Shown in pieces: positions 21,611 to 31,051 of a stretch of 64,000 nt of DNA. The DNA comes from an uncultured Rhodospirillales bacterium. GTDB taxonomy: Bacteria > Pseudomonadota > Alphaproteobacteria > JAWKYA01. The notes below the pieces were generated by a model. It was not told the origin of the DNA. It did not search any database and worked only from the letters and a program-made list of their open reading frames with translations. The DNA lies in the NCBI GenBank assembly GCA_964397465.1, contig CAYNIC010000007.1, positions 16,474 to 80,473 on the forward strand. The letters are read 5' to 3'. The stretch's first letter is position 1, and each line of letters begins with the position of its first letter. Position numbers and translations under genes: made by a program.

Positions 21611-22123
21611 TTACTCTGCCGTGGTTGCCACGGGCGTGAGATTTCGGCGCGCCGCAGGGTTGATGATTTGTTCGATAGAAAAAAGAAGTATAAGCGTGCC
21701 AGATAATGGGACGGGCAAATAGCTCAGGCCTTCCGGTAGACCCAGCACAGGTATTTTAACACCCCATGTTTGCGCGGCTAACTGACCGCCCCACCACATC
21801 ATTGAAATGCCAAAAATACCCACCAGAAAGTTAGATATTCCTGCCATGATTCTTTGGGTCGATTCTGAAGCGATATTCTGGAAAAAATCCATGCCAAGAT
21901 GAAAATGCTCACGCACACCTACGGCGGCTGTCAGCAAAATAAAATAGAGCATAAGAAGAAGAGCCAACGGTTCAGTCCAGGACGGTGTATCATTCAAGAC
22001 AAATCGTCCAAAGACTTGCCAGGCGATGGCGACTGTCATTACGACAAGGCCAGACCCGCTGATATACAATGCAGTCTTTGCCATGATCGCCATGAGGCGA
22101 GAATAATTCTTCACGGTAAACAT
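21611..22123 (-). CDS. dctQ: TRAP transporter small permease (DctQ).
   Basis: 170 aa with four TM segments, between dctP and dctM. Confidence 0.75.
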   Translation of the reverse strand: MFTVKNYSRLMAIMAKTALYISGSGLVVMTVAIAWQVFGRFVLNDTPSWTEPLALLLMLYFILLTAAVGVREHFHLGMDFFQNIASESTQRIMAGISNFLVGIFGISMMWWGGQLAAQTWGVKIPVLGLPEGLSYLPVPLSGTLILLFSIEQIINPAARRNLTPVATTAE

Positions 22124-22174
22124 CGGTAATTTCCTTTAGGGAGATGGGTAAATCCCCATCTCCCTAACCAGAAG

Positions 22175-23158
22175 TTATTTAACGTCGCGAATGCGTTTGA
22201 CTAAGTCTTTCAACTTGGCATCAGTTACGAACTTGTCATAAACCGGTGCCATGGCGTCGATGAAAGGTTTTTTGTCAACTTCGGCAATTTGCGCGCCGCC
22301 CGCTTTAACAGCAGCCATGGCCTCTTTTTCGCTGGCCACCCAAAGTTCGCGCATTTTGGTGACGGAAGCTTTGGCGGCTTCACGCATTGCCTTTTGATCT
22401 TCCGGAGAAAGCCTCATCCACGTCTTTTTGGATACAACGAGAACTTCCGGTGCCATGGAGTGTTCAGTCATGGTGTAGTATTTCGCGATCTCAAAATGCC
22501 TTGTGCTTTGATAGCTGGGCCAGTTGTTTTCAGCGCCATCGATAACGCCCGTTTGCAAGGAGCTGTAGACTTCGCCAAAAGGCATTGGAGTTGGATTTGC
22601 GCCCATCGCTTGAACCAAAGCAATAAACAAATCTGACTGTTGAACCCGTAGTTTTAGGCCTTTCATGTCCGCTAGAGATTTAATCGGGTGCTTGCTGTTA
22701 TAGAAGCTTCGCGCGCCGGAATCATAAAATGCCAAACCAATCATATCGTGAGGCTCAAAGGCCTTTAGAATATCGTCGCCGATCGGTCCATCCATAACCT
22801 TGTGCATATGTTCGACGGAGCGAAACAGAAAGGGTAGGGACGGCACCTGGGTTTCTGGTACAATGTTATTAAGAGGCGCCAAATTGATACGATTCATATC
22901 AATAACGCCAAACTGCGTCTGCTGTATTGTATCTTTCTCTTCACCCAGCTGGCTGGAGTGAAATACTTGAATTTTGTAACGGTTGTTCGTGGATTTTGCC
23001 AAAAGCTCGCTCATGTACTTGACGGCTTCTACCGTGGGGTATCCGTCAACGTGTGTATCGGCCGACCGTAAAACGGTTTGAGCGCTTGCCGTTCCGGATA
23101 GAATGAGAAAAGTTCCGGCGGCGATACAGGCACTAAATTTTGTCGAAAACGTCATCAA
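22175..23158 (-). CDS. dctP: TRAP transporter substrate-binding protein (DctP family).
   Basis: 327 aa with signal peptide and DctP fold. Confidence 0.85.
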   Translation of the reverse strand: MMTFSTKFSACIAAGTFLILSGTASAQTVLRSADTHVDGYPTVEAVKYMSELLAKSTNNRYKIQVFHSSQLGEEKDTIQQTQFGVIDMNRINLAPLNNIVPETQVPSLPFLFRSVEHMHKVMDGPIGDDILKAFEPHDMIGLAFYDSGARSFYNSKHPIKSLADMKGLKLRVQQSDLFIALVQAMGANPTPMPFGEVYSSLQTGVIDGAENNWPSYQSTRHFEIAKYYTMTEHSMAPEVLVVSKKTWMRLSPEDQKAMREAAKASVTKMRELWVASEKEAMAAVKAGGAQIAEVDKKPFIDAMAPVYDKFVTDAKLKDLVKRIRDVK

Positions 23159-23172
23159 CTTTCTCCCTAAGA

Positions 23173-24573
23173 TTACAGTTTGTAGGCAGCTTTTGCCAGG
23201 CGGTAAGCCAGATCGATGGCCACCTCCCGGGCTTCATCCTCCTCCAGACGATGCTCCGCGACGAGCCTGGCAAGGAAAGAGCAGTCAACCCGGCGCGCCA
23301 CGTCATGGCGCGCTGGGATCGATGTAAAGGCACGAGTATCGTCGTTGAAACCAACGGTATTATAAAAACCTGCGGTCTCAGTCACCATTTCCCGGTAACG
23401 GCGCATACCTTCGGGGCTATCATGAAACCACCATGCGGGGCCCAGCCTTAAGGCTGGATAATGGCCGGCTAAGGGGGCCAATTCCCGGCTATAGCTTGTT
23501 TCATCCAAGGTAAAAAGAATGACGGTCACCCGCGCGTCGTTTCCAAAACGATCCAGTAAAGGCTTAAGGGCTTTGACGTAATGAGTTTCGGTCGGGATAT
23601 CTGCGCCCTTATCACGCCCATAAGTCTTAAAGAGATGCGCATTATGGTTGCGAAAGCTACCAGGATGGATTTGCACGACGAGTCCGTCATCTAAACTCAT
23701 TCGGACCATTTCGGTAAGAATCTGCCCACGAAATATATCGGCCTCATCTGCAGTGATTTTTCCACTTAAGGCTTTTTGGAATAATGCGGATGCCTCAGCT
23801 TCCGAGAGGTCTGATGTTGTTGCTTTGGGATGGCCATGATCGGTTGAGGTCGCGCCAAAAGACTTAAAATATTCTCGCCGTTCAGCAAGAGCCGTCAGAT
23901 AACCTTTCCAGGTTTTGGTATTCTGTTTTGCCAAGGATCCTAACTGCTCAACATTTTCTGTAAACCCAGCATACTCTGGATCCGCCACGGGATCGGGACG
24001 AAAGGCCGTGACCACACGACCTTTCCAGCCGCTTTTTTGCAGGGCACGATGATGGTCGAGCGGATCAATAGGTGATTCCGTTGTAGCAATCACCTCGATT
24101 TTGAAGCGCTCGAAAAGAGCACGCGGCCTAAATTCGGGACTGGCAAGACATGAGGCGACGCGGTCATAAATAGCATCGGCTGTTTTTGCATTCAGGCGGT
24201 CTGTTACACCAAAGACGGTTTCCAAAGAATGCTCGAGCCACATTTTTGAGGGTGTGCCTCTAAACAAGTGCCAATTCTCAGCAAAAAGCTTCCAGACGCT
24301 CCGTGGATCTTTTTTGGGCGCTTTTCCTTCTGCATTGGGTATTCCCAAATCCTCAAGAGAAACACCCTGGCTATACAACATGCGGAACAAGTAGTGATCT
24401 GGAACAACGAATAGTGCTGCTGGATCAGGGAAAGGCTCATCATAAGCAAACCAGGCCGGATCCGTGTGGCCATGGGGGCTGATAATAGGGAGCTCCTTTA
24501 TTTCAGCATAAAGCCGACGAGCAATAGCGCGTTGCGTTTGGTCGCTTGAAAATAAGCGGTCGTCGTGTAGCAA
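23173..24573 (-). CDS. uxaC: Glucuronate isomerase.
   Basis: 466 aa; the N-terminus ([13 protein letters not shown]) matches UxaC. Confidence 0.9.
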   Translation of the reverse strand: MLHDDRLFSSDQTQRAIARRLYAEIKELPIISPHGHTDPAWFAYDEPFPDPAALFVVPDHYLFRMLYSQGVSLEDLGIPNAEGKAPKKDPRSVWKLFAENWHLFRGTPSKMWLEHSLETVFGVTDRLNAKTADAIYDRVASCLASPEFRPRALFERFKIEVIATTESPIDPLDHHRALQKSGWKGRVVTAFRPDPVADPEYAGFTENVEQLGSLAKQNTKTWKGYLTALAERREYFKSFGATSTDHGHPKATTSDLSEAEASALFQKALSGKITADEADIFRGQILTEMVRMSLDDGLVVQIHPGSFRNHNAHLFKTYGRDKGADIPTETHYVKALKPLLDRFGNDARVTVILFTLDETSYSRELAPLAGHYPALRLGPAWWFHDSPEGMRRYREMVTETAGFYNTVGFNDDTRAFTSIPARHDVARRVDCSFLARLVAEHRLEEDEAREVAIDLAYRLAKAAYKL

Positions 24574-24602
24574 ACCATCCCCCTTGGTATCATTCGTAAG
24601 TG

Positions 24603-25334
24603 CTAGTCATCTTCCCGCATCATTATTTCTTCTACATGAGTCAAATGCTGATGCATGGCTTTACGGGCGCCGCGCGGATTCCGGTCGCGGATAGCCTGGT
24701 AAATAGCTTTATGGTCTTTCAGGGTCATACGCTGATTTTCAGGTAGACCTGTGCGTTGACTTAAGGCGCCAAAAAGAGGCACTGCCATATTCGCCCACAG
24801 ACCTTCGATGATAGACTTTAGGATCGAATTATGCATTGCCGCCGCTATTCGTGAATGAAAAAGCTGATCGGCATACTCGGCGTTTCCGTGAGCTTTCATG
24901 CCCTGCTTGAAAAGGGTAAGGGTCTCGGCGATGCCTTCAATTTCTTTTGGTGTTGCCGTTTGTGCTGCTAAAAAAGCAGTTTCGCCCTCAATGATCTTGC
25001 GGGCAGCAAGTAACTCAAAAGGGCTGGGTCCTGCATCCAGATTGAGCGCTGTAAAGGGAACATCCTTGCCGGCAGGTTTAACGTAGGTGCCTGATCCTGT
25101 GCGGACCTCGACAAGTCCGGCTAATTCTAAGGCAATCATCGCTTCTCGCACGACAGGCCGGCTGACGTGGAGCTCCTTGGCAAGGTCGCGCTCTGGCGGT
25201 AAACGGTCACCCGGGCCGAAGTCGCCGCGCCGGATCAAGGTGCCGACCTGATCGGCTACCTGTTGATATAGTCGTTGCGTTTCGATGGCCTGAAATGGCA
25301 TAGCAGAGACGGTTCCCCCCGGACCGGCATGCAT
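24603..25334 (-). CDS. GntR-family (FadR/FCD subfamily) transcriptional regulator, likely a hexuronate regulator.
   Basis: N-terminal wHTH (LPPERDLAKELHVSRPVVREA) and a C-terminal FCD domain. The start may instead be the internal Met (MPFQAI). Confidence 0.8.
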   Translation of the reverse strand: MHAGPGGTVSAMPFQAIETQRLYQQVADQVGTLIRRGDFGPGDRLPPERDLAKELHVSRPVVREAMIALELAGLVEVRTGSGTYVKPAGKDVPFTALNLDAGPSPFELLAARKIIEGETAFLAAQTATPKEIEGIAETLTLFKQGMKAHGNAEYADQLFHSRIAAAMHNSILKSIIEGLWANMAVPLFGALSQRTGLPENQRMTLKDHKAIYQAIRDRNPRGARKAMHQHLTHVEEIMMREDD

Positions 25335-25383
25335 ATTTTTGCATGACTTCCCGCATTATCACTGGGTTGAAGGATTGATCAAG

Positions 25384-25402
25384 TGGTAATGTGGCCTTAC
25401 CA
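25384..25402. promoter_or_regulatory. Candidate GntR-family operator in the divergent promoter region.
   Basis: Perfect inverted repeat TGGTAA-N7-TTACCA. Its half-sites resemble the TGGT...ACCA core of ExuR/UxuR boxes. Confidence 0.4.
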
Positions 25403-25440
25403 ATTATCTCGCAACTGCGAAAAGAAGAGATAGGCTTGCT

Positions 25441-26649
25441 ATGAAAATAACAGATGCGCGTGTTATCGTTACATGCCCGGGACGTAACTTCGTCACGCTC
25501 AAAATTATGACCGATCAAGGCCTTCACGGGGTAGGGGATGCTACCTTGAATGGGCGAGAATTGTCCGTTGCTTCCTATCTGACGGATCATGTGATTCCTT
25601 GTTTAATTGGCCGCGATGCAAGCCGCATCGAGGACATTTGGAATTATCTTTATCGTGGGGCTTATTGGCGGCGGGGTCCTGTCACGATGTCGGCTATCGC
25701 AGCGGTTGATACCGCTTTGTGGGATATAAAAGCAAAGGCGGCAGGCATGCCTCTCTATCAACTTTTGGGCGGGCGCAGCCGTGACGGTGTCATGGTTTAT
25801 GGTCATGCGAACGGCCGCGACATCGAAGAGACAGTGGATCGGGTAGCTGAATATATTGCTCTTGGTTATAAAGCCATCAGGGCGCAATGCGGCGTGCCGG
25901 GATTGGCATCGACCTATGGTGTCAGTCAAGACAAGATGTTCTACGAGCCGGCCGATGCGAATCTGCCGACGGAAAACCTCTGGTCGACCGAAAAATATCT
26001 TGATCATACCCCGAAACTTTTCGAGCGATTGCGGGAAAAATTTGGTTTTGAGCATCATCTTCTCCATGATGTTCACCACCGTTTGACACCTATCGAAGCA
26101 GCGCGCCTGGGCAAATCTTTCGAACCCTATCGCCTGTTTTGGATGGAGGATGCCACACCCGCAGAGAATCAAGAGGCGTTTCGTTTGATCCGTCAGCATA
26201 CAGTTACGCCCATTGCTGTTGGGGAAGTCTTTAACACGATATGGGACTGCAAAGATCTTATCCAAAGTCAACTGATTGATTATATTCGCACGACGGTGGT
26301 TCACGCCGGCGGAATCACTCATCTTCGCCGCATCGCCGACCTAGCGGGACTTTATCAAGTCCGGACCGGCAGCCATGGGGCAACCGATCTATCGCCTGTG
26401 TGCATGGGGGCGGCGTTGCACTTTGATATTTGGGTGCCGAATTTTGGCGTTCAAGAATATATGCGGCATACGGCAGAAACCGATGAGGTTTTTCCCCATG
26501 ATTATACCTATAGAGACGGACAATTATTTCCCGGAGAAACGCCGGGACATGGCGTCGGCATAGACGAGAAATTGGCCGCAAAATTCCCCTATAAACGGGC
26601 CTATTTGCCGGTTAATCGACTGCAGGACGGAACGATCTGGCACTGGTAA
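25441..26649 (+). CDS. manD: D-mannonate dehydratase of the enolase superfamily (ManD type).
   Basis: 402 aa enolase-superfamily capping and barrel domains; the N-terminus [22 protein letters not shown] is typical of ManD. Confidence 0.8.
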   Translation: MKITDARVIVTCPGRNFVTLKIMTDQGLHGVGDATLNGRELSVASYLTDHVIPCLIGRDASRIEDIWNYLYRGAYWRRGPVTMSAIAAVDTALWDIKAKAAGMPLYQLLGGRSRDGVMVYGHANGRDIEETVDRVAEYIALGYKAIRAQCGVPGLASTYGVSQDKMFYEPADANLPTENLWSTEKYLDHTPKLFERLREKFGFEHHLLHDVHHRLTPIEAARLGKSFEPYRLFWMEDATPAENQEAFRLIRQHTVTPIAVGEVFNTIWDCKDLIQSQLIDYIRTTVVHAGGITHLRRIADLAGLYQVRTGSHGATDLSPVCMGAALHFDIWVPNFGVQEYMRHTAETDEVFPHDYTYRDGQLFPGETPGHGVGIDEKLAAKFPYKRAYLPVNRLQDGTIWHW

Positions 26650-26664
26650 CAAGAGGAGAGGGCG

Positions 26665-28173
26665 ATGGACTTATTAAGAATTCATCCGGCCGATAATATT
26701 CTTGTCGCCCTCAAGGACATACCTGCAAACCAGCTGATGGAGAATGGAACTGTCACGCGCGAGCCTATCCGGCGTGGTCACAAAGTAGCCAGCAAACCGA
26801 TAACTAAAGGTTCACTTGTTCTGAAGTTCGCTCAGCCCATTGGCGTTGCCAGCCGAGATATTGGCGCAGGTGAGCACGTTCATCTGCATAATCTAAATTA
26901 TTCTGCAAGTACGGCGGACCGCAGCATCGGCGAGTTCTTAAAAGACTATCGAGCGCCGGTAAGCCTTGAGGCTACTTTTCAAGGCATCATTCGTAAAGAC
27001 GGTCGTGTTGCGACCCGTAATTATATCGGCATTCTAACGTCGGTAAATTGCTCTGCCACCGTTGCGCGGCATATCGCCGATCAATTTCGCGGCTCGGCCT
27101 TGGATCCTTGGCCTAACGTTGATGGTGTAGTAGCCCTGACCCATAAAACCGGTTGTGGCATGGCTTCTGAAGGTGAGGCCATGGACATACTTAGGCGAAC
27201 GATAGGGGGCTATGCGCGCCACTCAAATTTTGCCGGCGTGTTGGTTATTGGTTTGGGGTGCGAGGCCAATCAAGTTGATCGCTTGTTGGAGGCACAAGGT
27301 TTGACACCTTCAGACATACTGCGTGATTTGGTCATTCAAGATGAGGGCGGTTCTTCTGCTACGGTGCGCGCCGGAGTTGCCAAGATAAAAGCCATGCTGG
27401 ATGAGGCAAATCAGGTTAAGCGTGTTCCTGTTTCTGCACGGCACCTCAAACTGGGGCTGCAATGCGGAGGATCGGACGGATTTTCCGCGTTATCGGCTAA
27501 TCCAGCTTTGGGTGTTGCAGCAGATATCCTGATTCGTCATGGCGGAACGGCAGTTCTTAGCGAGACCCCGGAAATCTATGGGGCAGAACATATGCTGCTC
27601 AGTCGGGCCGTCAGTAATGCGGTCGGACAAAAACTTCTCGATCGATTGTCATGGTGGCAGGCATATACGGCGCGTACGGGTGAAACGATGGATAATAACC
27701 CTTCGCCGGGTAACAAGGAGGGTGGCCTAACAACAATCCTTGAGAAGTCCTTGGGGGCCGTGGCCAAGGGTGGGACCACCCCCTTGGTGGATGTTGTTGA
27801 GTTTGCCGAAGAGCTGAAAGTGCCGGGCTTTGTTTTTATGGATACGCCGGGCTATGATCCGGTTTCCGTCACGGGTCAAGTTGCAGGTGGATGCAATATC
27901 GTTTGCTTCACCACCGGACGCGGGTCGTGCTTTGGGTGCAAGCCTGTGCCAAGCCTTAAGCTGGCCACGAATACCCCGATGTATCTGCGCATGACAGAAG
28001 ATATGGATATTAATTGCGGAGAGATTATTGACGGAACCGCAACAGTGGAAGAAATGGGTAAAAAGATTTTTAATCTTATTTTAGCCACGGCGTCGGGCGA
28101 GAAAACAGCCAGCGAAAAATTCGGCTATGGTGAGGATGAGTTTGTGCCGTGGGTTATTGGCGCAACGGTTTAG
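26665..28173 (+). CDS. uxaA: Altronate dehydratase.
   Basis: 502 aa with an N-terminal SAF domain and UxaA-family C-terminus. Confidence 0.85.
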   Translation: MDLLRIHPADNILVALKDIPANQLMENGTVTREPIRRGHKVASKPITKGSLVLKFAQPIGVASRDIGAGEHVHLHNLNYSASTADRSIGEFLKDYRAPVSLEATFQGIIRKDGRVATRNYIGILTSVNCSATVARHIADQFRGSALDPWPNVDGVVALTHKTGCGMASEGEAMDILRRTIGGYARHSNFAGVLVIGLGCEANQVDRLLEAQGLTPSDILRDLVIQDEGGSSATVRAGVAKIKAMLDEANQVKRVPVSARHLKLGLQCGGSDGFSALSANPALGVAADILIRHGGTAVLSETPEIYGAEHMLLSRAVSNAVGQKLLDRLSWWQAYTARTGETMDNNPSPGNKEGGLTTILEKSLGAVAKGGTTPLVDVVEFAEELKVPGFVFMDTPGYDPVSVTGQVAGGCNIVCFTTGRGSCFGCKPVPSLKLATNTPMYLRMTEDMDINCGEIIDGTATVEEMGKKIFNLILATASGEKTASEKFGYGEDEFVPWVIGATV

Positions 28174-28232
28174 GCATGTCGTTGTATTTTAGCCATTAAA
28201 GCCTCTTTTGGGTATAAGCTCAGGGAAGGGGG

Positions 28233-30074
28233 TTGGATATGCTTAATCCACGGCAATATGCCGAAAAATTAGCTATTGGCTTTGAAAAGAGCATAGAAGC
28301 CGTAAGCGCTGGTTGCTTGGCGGTTCTTATTTTCATTCTCTGTTGTCAAATTATTATCCGAGGAATTTTTGGTTTTTCCGCTGCTTGGGTGCCCGAGCTG
28401 GCGCAATGGTTATTTGTGATTTTAGTTCTTGTCGCCCTGCCGGTGACTCAAAAACGTGACGCATATTTGTCTTTTTCAAATGTGCAAAATAGTCTGCCGT
28501 CGCACATAAAAAAGCTTGTACTGCTGATTGTTGATGTTATTACGCTTTATACTCTCTGCCGACTGGGCATAAACGGCAGTCAGATTATTTTGTTGGTTGG
28601 CGGGGTTAATCCTGCTTTGGGATTTCCGGAGTGGGCGCTTTTTATTCCGATATCGATAAGCGCAGCTTGTGCGGGAATCCTGTATATTTATCGCGCGATC
28701 ATTAAAGGTCATCATGTCAGAATTTCTTTGAGCATTTTGCTGGTTATCTTTTGGATAACTCTAGACACTCTAGACCTCATTCTTGTTCCTCAGCTTCGTC
28801 CTGGTCTTTTTATTTTAGGAGCCTTTGTCGTGGCCTTGGCCATAGGCGTTCCCGTCAGTATAGCCATGTTGTTTGCTAGTTTTATGGCCGGGGATATAAC
28901 GGCGCTTCTTCCCGGGCCGGCCGTAGTACAGAACTTTGTACGAGGACTTGATCGTTTTATTCTTCTGGCCATTCCGCTATTTCTTTTTGCCGGTGCACTT
29001 ATGAATCTGGGGGGGTTAACAACAAAACTTATCGATTTGGCAGATTCCTTGGTTGGCCACTTACGTGGCGGATTGGCTCAGGTGAGTGTTTTTTCTGCCA
29101 TGTTATATGGAGGCATTTCAGGATCCTCTAATGCCGAGGCATCACTCGGGGCAAAGCTGTTGGTGCCGCAAATGGTGAAGCGAGGTTACCCGCCGTCCTT
29201 TGCCTGTGCCGTGACCTCTGCTGCGGCAATCTTGCCCAATGTCATACCCCCATCTATTGCTATGCTGATCTTGGCGGCTGCTTCCGATATCTCCGTTGGT
29301 GCACTTTTTATCGGCGGCATCATTCCGGGTATCATTTTAACAATGTTTTTGATGGCGGCTGTTTACTTTCAAGCAACGAGACTGAACTTGAAGGAAACGA
29401 CGATAGTGCGCCAAACGCCGGGACAGGCCTTGTGGCGGGCTCTGCCGCTTCTTGGTTTGGCAGTTATCATTGTGGGCGGTATAAGGCTAGGATGGGCAAC
29501 GCCTACGGAAGCTGGGGCCTTGGCGGTTCTTTATGTATTTGTCTTTGGTATATTAACGCGCACTTATTCGCGCCAAGGAATGGCGACGGCGCTGAAAGAA
29601 ACAGCCGTAGATGCGGGCTTGGTTGGATTACTCATTGGTGTTGCAGCCCCGTTTTCATTCATTCTTATAGCTGATCAAATTCCGCAAGATCTTGTACGCT
29701 TTTTATCCGTAGGGGATAGCCCCTGGGTTGGCTTATTAATGATTAACGTTTTGATGCTTGTTGCGGGGTTGGTTATGGATACGGGGGCCGCTATTTTGGT
29801 TTTGGTACCCTTGCTTTTGCCGGCCGCTGTGCAGTTGGGCATTCATCCGGTCCATTTTGGCGTTATGACCGTAATTAATCTTATGATTGGGGGGTTGACG
29901 CCGCCAGTGGGCATTCTTGTGTTCATAACGGCGACGACAGCACATCAGCCGGCTAAGGCTATTTTTCGAGCGGTAAGGCCGTTTACCTTAATCTTGATTG
30001 CGGCGCTCTTGATTATTGCTTTCGTTCCTGAGCTAACTCTCGGTTTAGGTCGTTTGTTTCATAAAGGAAATTAA
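28233..30074 (+). CDS. TRAP transporter fused small/large permease (DctQM fusion).
   Basis: 613 aa. A DctQ-like N-terminus (about 170 aa, 4 TM) is fused to a DctM-like domain. Confidence 0.8.
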   Translation: MDMLNPRQYAEKLAIGFEKSIEAVSAGCLAVLIFILCCQIIIRGIFGFSAAWVPELAQWLFVILVLVALPVTQKRDAYLSFSNVQNSLPSHIKKLVLLIVDVITLYTLCRLGINGSQIILLVGGVNPALGFPEWALFIPISISAACAGILYIYRAIIKGHHVRISLSILLVIFWITLDTLDLILVPQLRPGLFILGAFVVALAIGVPVSIAMLFASFMAGDITALLPGPAVVQNFVRGLDRFILLAIPLFLFAGALMNLGGLTTKLIDLADSLVGHLRGGLAQVSVFSAMLYGGISGSSNAEASLGAKLLVPQMVKRGYPPSFACAVTSAAAILPNVIPPSIAMLILAAASDISVGALFIGGIIPGIILTMFLMAAVYFQATRLNLKETTIVRQTPGQALWRALPLLGLAVIIVGGIRLGWATPTEAGALAVLYVFVFGILTRTYSRQGMATALKETAVDAGLVGLLIGVAAPFSFILIADQIPQDLVRFLSVGDSPWVGLLMINVLMLVAGLVMDTGAAILVLVPLLLPAAVQLGIHPVHFGVMTVINLMIGGLTPPVGILVFITATTAHQPAKAIFRAVRPFTLILIAALLIIAFVPELTLGLGRLFHKGN

Positions 30075-30075
30075 G

Positions 30076-31044
30076 ATGGTGCGGTTTTTCCTTTTTGTTC
30101 TGACTTTACTAAGTATGGCTGTGCCGCAGCTTTCTCAAGCGCAGCAAGTGGGCAAGGTTGCGGTTATCTATAAAGAGGGTCAGCCCACGGTGGTTATGTG
30201 GCGACGAATCGCAGATCAAGTTGAAAAAGAGACTCAAGGCCGTGTTCAGTTAAAGATTTATCCGAATGGACAATTGGGCGGCGAAAAGGAAGTTGCGGAA
30301 GGCATGCGGCTTGGGTCCGTTCAGGCGGCCGATTCGACCTTGGCAACGTTGACGGCATGGGTGCCGGAAGGAGCCTTATTTGATTTACCCTTTGTTTTTC
30401 GGGATCGAATGCATATCGAAAAGGTTATGTCAGGGCCGATTGGAGAGGATTATCGCCATAAGTATGAGGCTCAGGGCTTTCATGTTTTGGGTTACATCGT
30501 TTATGGATCGCGTGACCTTGTATCACGTACGGCAATAGCTAAACCGGAAGACATCAAGGGGCATAAAATGCGCGTTTTGCAGAGTCCTTTGCATATTAAG
30601 GTTTGGCAAACTTTAGGTGCCGAGCCTATTCCTATTCCGATTACTGAAGCCTATAGCGCCCTGGATACGGGCGTGGTTGATCTTATGGATATGACGTCCG
30701 ATGGTTATGAAGCCTTAAAACTTTATGAGGTCGCGCCATACCTTATCGAAACAAACCACATATGGTCGATTGGGGCAGTTATGATAGCAAAGAAATTCTG
30801 GGATAGTTTGTCCGCAGGAGATCAAGCTATCGTCCAGAAGGCGGCAAGCGATGCTATTCCTTTTTTTAATACGCTTCAGGCCGATACGGGCATAGGCGCA
30901 TTAAATCGTACCCGCGAGAAAGGGGCTAAAATTTCGCAAACTTCCCGCGAAGCCTGGCAGAAGGCCATGTTGCCGGTTTGGAAAGAATGGTCTGATAAAG
31001 TCGGTGGCCTGACCGCCATTGAAACTATAGTAAAGACACCATAA
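30076..31044 (+). CDS. TRAP substrate-binding protein (DctP family), second system.
   Basis: 322 aa with signal peptide and DctP fold. Confidence 0.8.
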   Translation: MVRFFLFVLTLLSMAVPQLSQAQQVGKVAVIYKEGQPTVVMWRRIADQVEKETQGRVQLKIYPNGQLGGEKEVAEGMRLGSVQAADSTLATLTAWVPEGALFDLPFVFRDRMHIEKVMSGPIGEDYRHKYEAQGFHVLGYIVYGSRDLVSRTAIAKPEDIKGHKMRVLQSPLHIKVWQTLGAEPIPIPITEAYSALDTGVVDLMDMTSDGYEALKLYEVAPYLIETNHIWSIGAVMIAKKFWDSLSAGDQAIVQKAASDAIPFFNTLQADTGIGALNRTREKGAKISQTSREAWQKAMLPVWKEWSDKVGGLTAIETIVKTP

Positions 31045-31051
31045 TCAATGC

